In this document: piece by piece, positions 60,242 to 64,000 of the stretch | How the letters are laid out: every line of letters starts with the position of its first letter | Numbering within the stretch: position 1 is the stretch's first letter | From: Longimicrobiales bacterium | Lineage (GTDB): Bacteria > Gemmatimonadota > Gemmatimonadetes > Longimicrobiales > Gaopeijiaceae | Length of the DNA: 64,000 nucleotides | NCBI GenBank assembly: GCA_965219445.1 | Contig: CBDCNQ010000005.1 | Coordinates: 1,088,001 to 1,152,000, forward strand | Reading direction: 5' to 3' | Made by a program: the position numbers and the translations under genes | The notes under the pieces: model-generated | What the model was told of the DNA's origin: nothing | The model's input: the letters and a program-made list of their open reading frames with translations, nothing else | Databases searched by the model: none

Positions 60242-62692
60242 CTACAGGAGAGCGCTCGGATCTCGGTCGATCGTGACACGGACGTCCGTGCCACGCGTCC
60301 GGAAATCCGACTGAAGCCGCCTTGCGGCAACACCTAGGGCCTTAACCGACGGGCTCCGAAGGAGAAAGTGCCAGCGCCACCGCCCGTGGAGCCGCTCGAT
60401 CGGTGAGGGGGCGGGGCCGATCAGATCAACCGGAGTCCCAGAAACCACGTGTGTGCGCAGCCAGCCCGCCGCGGCCTCGGCGTTGCCCGCGGCGTCTTTG
60501 GTTATGGGGCTGCTGACGACCACGTTAACGAGTCGAACCAGAGGTGGATACGCCGGGTGCCTGCGCTCGTTCAATTCCCGGGTGGCGAAGGCCACATAAT
60601 CATGCGCAAGCGCGGCTTGGATCGCATAGTGCTCCGGGAGCGCCGTCTGGATCAGCACCTCGCCTCCGAGTTCCCCCCTTCCCGCTCGACCGGCAACCTG
60701 GCTCAGCAGTTGAAACGTACGCTCCGTGGCACGGAAATCAGGCAGGTGAATGCCCACATCCGCATTCACGACACCCACCAGCGTCACGCCTGGGAAGTCG
60801 AGGCCCTTGGCGATCATCTGGGTGCCGAGAAGGATGTCCACTTCCCCACGCTCGACACGGCCGAGGATCTCATGGTGCGACCATTTCCCCGACGTGGTGT
60901 CCACATCCATGCGCGCCAACCGGGCCTTGGGGAGTGTCTCCGCCACGACCCGCTCGACCTGCTCCGTCCCGAGCCCTCGAAACGATAGATCCGTCGAGCC
61001 ACACCGCTGGCAACGCTCCGGCGCCGCCTGCTCGTGGCGGCAGTGGTGGCAGACGAGGCGACTCTTACCCCGATGATAGGTCAAGGAGATCGAGCAGGCG
61101 GGGCAGATTTCGACGTCGCCGCACTCGCGGCATTGCACGAATGGGGAGTACCCCCTCCGGTTCAACAGCAGGATCGTCTGTTCGCCACGGCGGAGGCGGT
61201 CCTGCATGGCCTCGACGAGCGGAGCGGTAAGCACCAACCCCGCCTCGCTCCGGGCACCGTCCTTCTCTTTGCTCTTCTTCCGCGCTTCCCGCAAGTCGAC
61301 CAACCGCACGGGAGGCAACGTCCCTCCGCCGACCCGGTCCGGGAGAGAGGCAAGCCGGAACTTGCCACGCGCCACATTGTGCCAGCTTTCGAGGGCAGGC
61401 GTGGCGCTGCCGAGAACGCACAGCGCGCGCTCTTGGGCACTCCGAACGACCGCCATGTCCCGCGCCTGATACCGGGGCGATTCACTCTGCTTGTAGCTTC
61501 CATCGTGCTCTTCATCCACGACGATCACGCCCAAATCGGAGACCGGCGCGAACAGCGCGGAGCGAGCGCCCACCGCAATGCGGCGGCGGCCCGATTGAAG
61601 CTGCCTCCACGCGTCGAAGCGCTCCCCGTCCGACAGTGCAGAATGGAGGACCGCGACCTGGTCGCCGAAGCGAGCTCGGAAGCGGGCCACCGTCTGAGGG
61701 GTCAGGGAAATCTCAGGCACGAGCACGATCGCCCCTCTACCTCGAGCCAACACGTGGTTGAGAAGCTCGATATAGACCAGGGTCTTACCCGATCCGGTCA
61801 CTCCATGCAGGAGAAAGGGCTCGCCCGGGCCTGCGTCAAATGCGGAGGCAAGCGTTCGGATCACGTCGTCTTGCCGACCCGTCGGGTTGTGGGCTCGGTT
61901 CTCACTGAGGGGAATGCTGGCGAAGGGATCGCGCTCCACCTCACGGTCCTCGACGAGGGCCAACCCCTTCTCCTCCAAGCCGCGAATCACACCACGGCTG
62001 AAGCCAGCCTGGCCCGTCAGATGCGCCAGCTCCACCGTCCCTCCGGATACCGCCAGCGCCTGGTAAGCCTCCGCCTGCCGCCGTGCACGGCCCACCAACG
62101 CGTTCAGCTCCTCGATATCGTCAATCCACCGTGCGACGCGCACCACCCTGACCGTTTTGACGGGAGGCGGGCGAGGCGGGAGCGTTTCGACGCTGACCAA
62201 CCCGTCGGCGGCGAGCGTGCGGATCTCCGGCCATATCGAGCCCATCCGCAGGCCCCGCTTGAGCGCCCGGAGCGACTGAGATGTTCCGGGGGTCAGCGCC
62301 TCGACAAGGCACGCCTCCCTGGGCGACAATTTTTTCCGCGGCGCGTCGCAGAGTGTGATGACGTCACGGGAAGTGTCGGTGAGCACGGACGGCAGCATCG
62401 TCTTGAGCACAATCCCCAGCGAAGTGACGTAGTAGTCGGCCATCCACCGGGCCAGACGCAATTGCGACTCGCTCACCGAGGGCTCCGTGTCCATCACGGA
62501 GAGCACGGTCAGGATGCGCTTGATCCCCTCCTTCCCCCCTTGGCCGACGACGAAGCCGATGCGCTCGTGTCGTTGGAAGGGAACGAGAACCCGAGTCCCG
62601 GGCCGGAGAGGCTCGCCGTCCACGGCGTACGTAAAAGTCTGATCCAGCGGCAGCGGCAAGGCGACACGAACGTAGGACCTCGGGCCGTTCAT
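60242..62692 (-). CDS. priA: Primosomal protein N'
   Basis: GVTGSGKT, LVPEISLTPQ, DEEH, four CxxC pairs, GTQMIAKG, QVAGRAGR. Confidence 0.97.
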   Translation of the reverse strand: MNGPRSYVRVALPLPLDQTFTYAVDGEPLRPGTRVLVPFQRHERIGFVVGQGGKEGIKRILTVLSVMDTEPSVSESQLRLARWMADYYVTSLGIVLKTMLPSVLTDTSRDVITLCDAPRKKLSPREACLVEALTPGTSQSLRALKRGLRMGSIWPEIRTLAADGLVSVETLPPRPPPVKTVRVVRVARWIDDIEELNALVGRARRQAEAYQALAVSGGTVELAHLTGQAGFSRGVIRGLEEKGLALVEDREVERDPFASIPLSENRAHNPTGRQDDVIRTLASAFDAGPGEPFLLHGVTGSGKTLVYIELLNHVLARGRGAIVLVPEISLTPQTVARFRARFGDQVAVLHSALSDGERFDAWRQLQSGRRRIAVGARSALFAPVSDLGVIVVDEEHDGSYKQSESPRYQARDMAVVRSAQERALCVLGSATPALESWHNVARGKFRLASLPDRVGGGTLPPVRLVDLREARKKSKEKDGARSEAGLVLTAPLVEAMQDRLRRGEQTILLLNRRGYSPFVQCRECGDVEICPACSISLTYHRGKSRLVCHHCRHEQAAPERCQRCGSTDLSFRGLGTEQVERVVAETLPKARLARMDVDTTSGKWSHHEILGRVERGEVDILLGTQMIAKGLDFPGVTLVGVVNADVGIHLPDFRATERTFQLLSQVAGRAGRGELGGEVLIQTALPEHYAIQAALAHDYVAFATRELNERRHPAYPPLVRLVNVVVSSPITKDAAGNAEAAAGWLRTHVVSGTPVDLIGPAPSPIERLHGRWRWHFLLRSPSVKALGVAARRLQSDFRTRGTDVRVTIDRDPSALL

Positions 62693-62798
62693 TCAGCCGA
62701 TACCGTCCGCTGCGCCCGAGACGCAACCCACTCCTTCAGCAGCCCTCGAGTGTGGTGTCCCAGAAGTTCGCGAGCCACCGAGAGTGGACAACGCATTA

Positions 62799-63992
62799 CT
62801 AACCCAGGAGGGGCAGAATCTCATCCTGGCGCTCCCGCGGCGTGACCTCCGGACCCCCCACCCCCCAATGCACGTTGATCTCGCTCCGCACACCGACGTC
62901 GCCTGGAATGTAAATGCCAGGCTCCACCGAAAAGCCCACACCGCGAACGAGCACACGATTGTCCCGCGTCTCGAGGTTGTCCAGGTTGGGTCCACTGCCG
63001 TGAAGCTCAATGTCCATGGAGTGTCCGGTCCGATGCACGAAAAACTCGCCGAAGTCGCAGTCCGAGATGAACCCGCGACACACGTCGTCAACCTCGTAGC
63101 CGCGTACCTCCCGGGCCTGCTCATGACAGGAACGCAAGAAATCGACACCGGCCTCGCGTGCTCCCCGAACCGTCTCCCAGATGGTCTGAAGCCGGTCCGG
63201 AACCGCGTCGGAGAGGATGCCCATCCATGTCTGGTCGGCGAACACACCCCCTTCGGTCGGTTTCCCCCACAGGTCGATCAGCAGAACTTCCCCGGCGGCA
63301 ATCGCGTCCCCCGCGTCACGCGCGTCGTAATGGGGATCTGCGGCGTTCGGTCCAATGGCCACATGTGAATCGGCGTCGACCGGTATCCCTCGGGCCGTCA
63401 GCTCGTCGCAAATCCATCCGCCCAGCTGGCCCTCGAGAAGCGGATCGCCACGCCGGGCATATTCTGCAGCACGCGTGAACGCATCCATGGCCACGGCCCG
63501 TACGGTCTCCGCGGAGACCCGATGCGCCTCCAGCTGCTCCTCCGACCAAACTGAGTGGAACGTGGACACCAGGTTCCCCGAACTCACCGGATCCACGCCG
63601 GACTCTCGGAGCAAGTCCAAGATTCCGGACGGCACACGGTCCAGGGTGGGAACACTCGAACGGGGAGAGACCTCCATGGCCAAACGCTTCCGGCCACCGA
63701 TCAGCTCCGAGAGCCGGCTCTCCATCTCGCGCCACCCCGAATAGTCGATGATTCCCCACGGCCAGTGCCGCCACGAGGAGTGCTCTATGGCGTGGATCAG
63801 CGTGACGGGATCTCCTTCGGACGGGATCAGCGTAAAGGAGCGGCGTGATGTCCAGCCAAGACCGAGCATGGCGGTCGCGATTGGGTTCTGGCCCCGGAAA
63901 TCGAAGAACAACCAGCCCTCCATCTCAGCTTCCCGCAGCGCAGACTGCACCCTGGCGACTTCAGCGGCATCACTCATAGGCGCGACGCTCAT
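62799..63992 (-). CDS. M24 family metallopeptidase
   Basis: ADPHY, LIDLW, ADQTW, HRTGH, SVEPG, GVRSE. Confidence 0.88.
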   Translation of the reverse strand: MSVAPMSDAAEVARVQSALREAEMEGWLFFDFRGQNPIATAMLGLGWTSRRSFTLIPSEGDPVTLIHAIEHSSWRHWPWGIIDYSGWREMESRLSELIGGRKRLAMEVSPRSSVPTLDRVPSGILDLLRESGVDPVSSGNLVSTFHSVWSEEQLEAHRVSAETVRAVAMDAFTRAAEYARRGDPLLEGQLGGWICDELTARGIPVDADSHVAIGPNAADPHYDARDAGDAIAAGEVLLIDLWGKPTEGGVFADQTWMGILSDAVPDRLQTIWETVRGAREAGVDFLRSCHEQAREVRGYEVDDVCRGFISDCDFGEFFVHRTGHSMDIELHGSGPNLDNLETRDNRVLVRGVGFSVEPGIYIPGDVGVRSEINVHWGVGGPEVTPRERQDEILPLLG

Positions 63993-64000
63993 CGCGGCGT

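Noticed and set aside
1..64000. Many long antisense or alternate-frame ORFs (e.g. 29953-31356, 36223-37683, 54833-56368, 61034-62845); CRISPR, rRNA, tRNA
   Set aside because: The ORFs are shadows of real genes in high-GC DNA; no regularly spaced repeats or intact stable-RNA genes were seen by eye.

Overview
High-GC bacterial chromosomal segment. Gene content (SprA-like barrel, Ser/Thr kinase fused to a PD40 propeller, deltaproteobacterial-style pil genes) suggests Gemmatimonadota; this is inference, not a database result. The left 25.5 kb holds a split type IVa pilus locus on the minus strand: sprA-like, comEA, pilB, pilT, pilC, a block of unrelated genes (hinT, agcS, methyltransferase, dinB, sodA, LysM protein, flavin reductase), then pilS, pilR, a GT2, two tandem TMTC-like GT-C glycosyltransferases and a sigma54-type promoter ahead of a pilin missed by the ORF track. 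Next come lptF/lptG, a DapF-fold enzyme with both catalytic Cys replaced by Ser, a 271-bp MITE-like element, a SAM-II-like riboswitch plus terminator ahead of metH and yitJ, a second MTHFR-like gene, peptidases (one S9 gene broken by an in-frame TAG), a TonB-dependent receptor, thrC and NatAB. A decayed patch (truncated ECF sigma, frameshifted kinase, frameshifted DUF4143 ATPase) is bracketed by inverted copies of a hairpin repeat. The window ends with an ECF/anti-sigma/MacAB-like operon, an HNH nuclease, priA and an M24 peptidase. No rRNA, intact tRNA or CRISPR array was seen. Best novel-system candidates are the pilin-linked GT2 + twin TMTC glycosylation module and the SprA-ComEA-T4P motor cluster.
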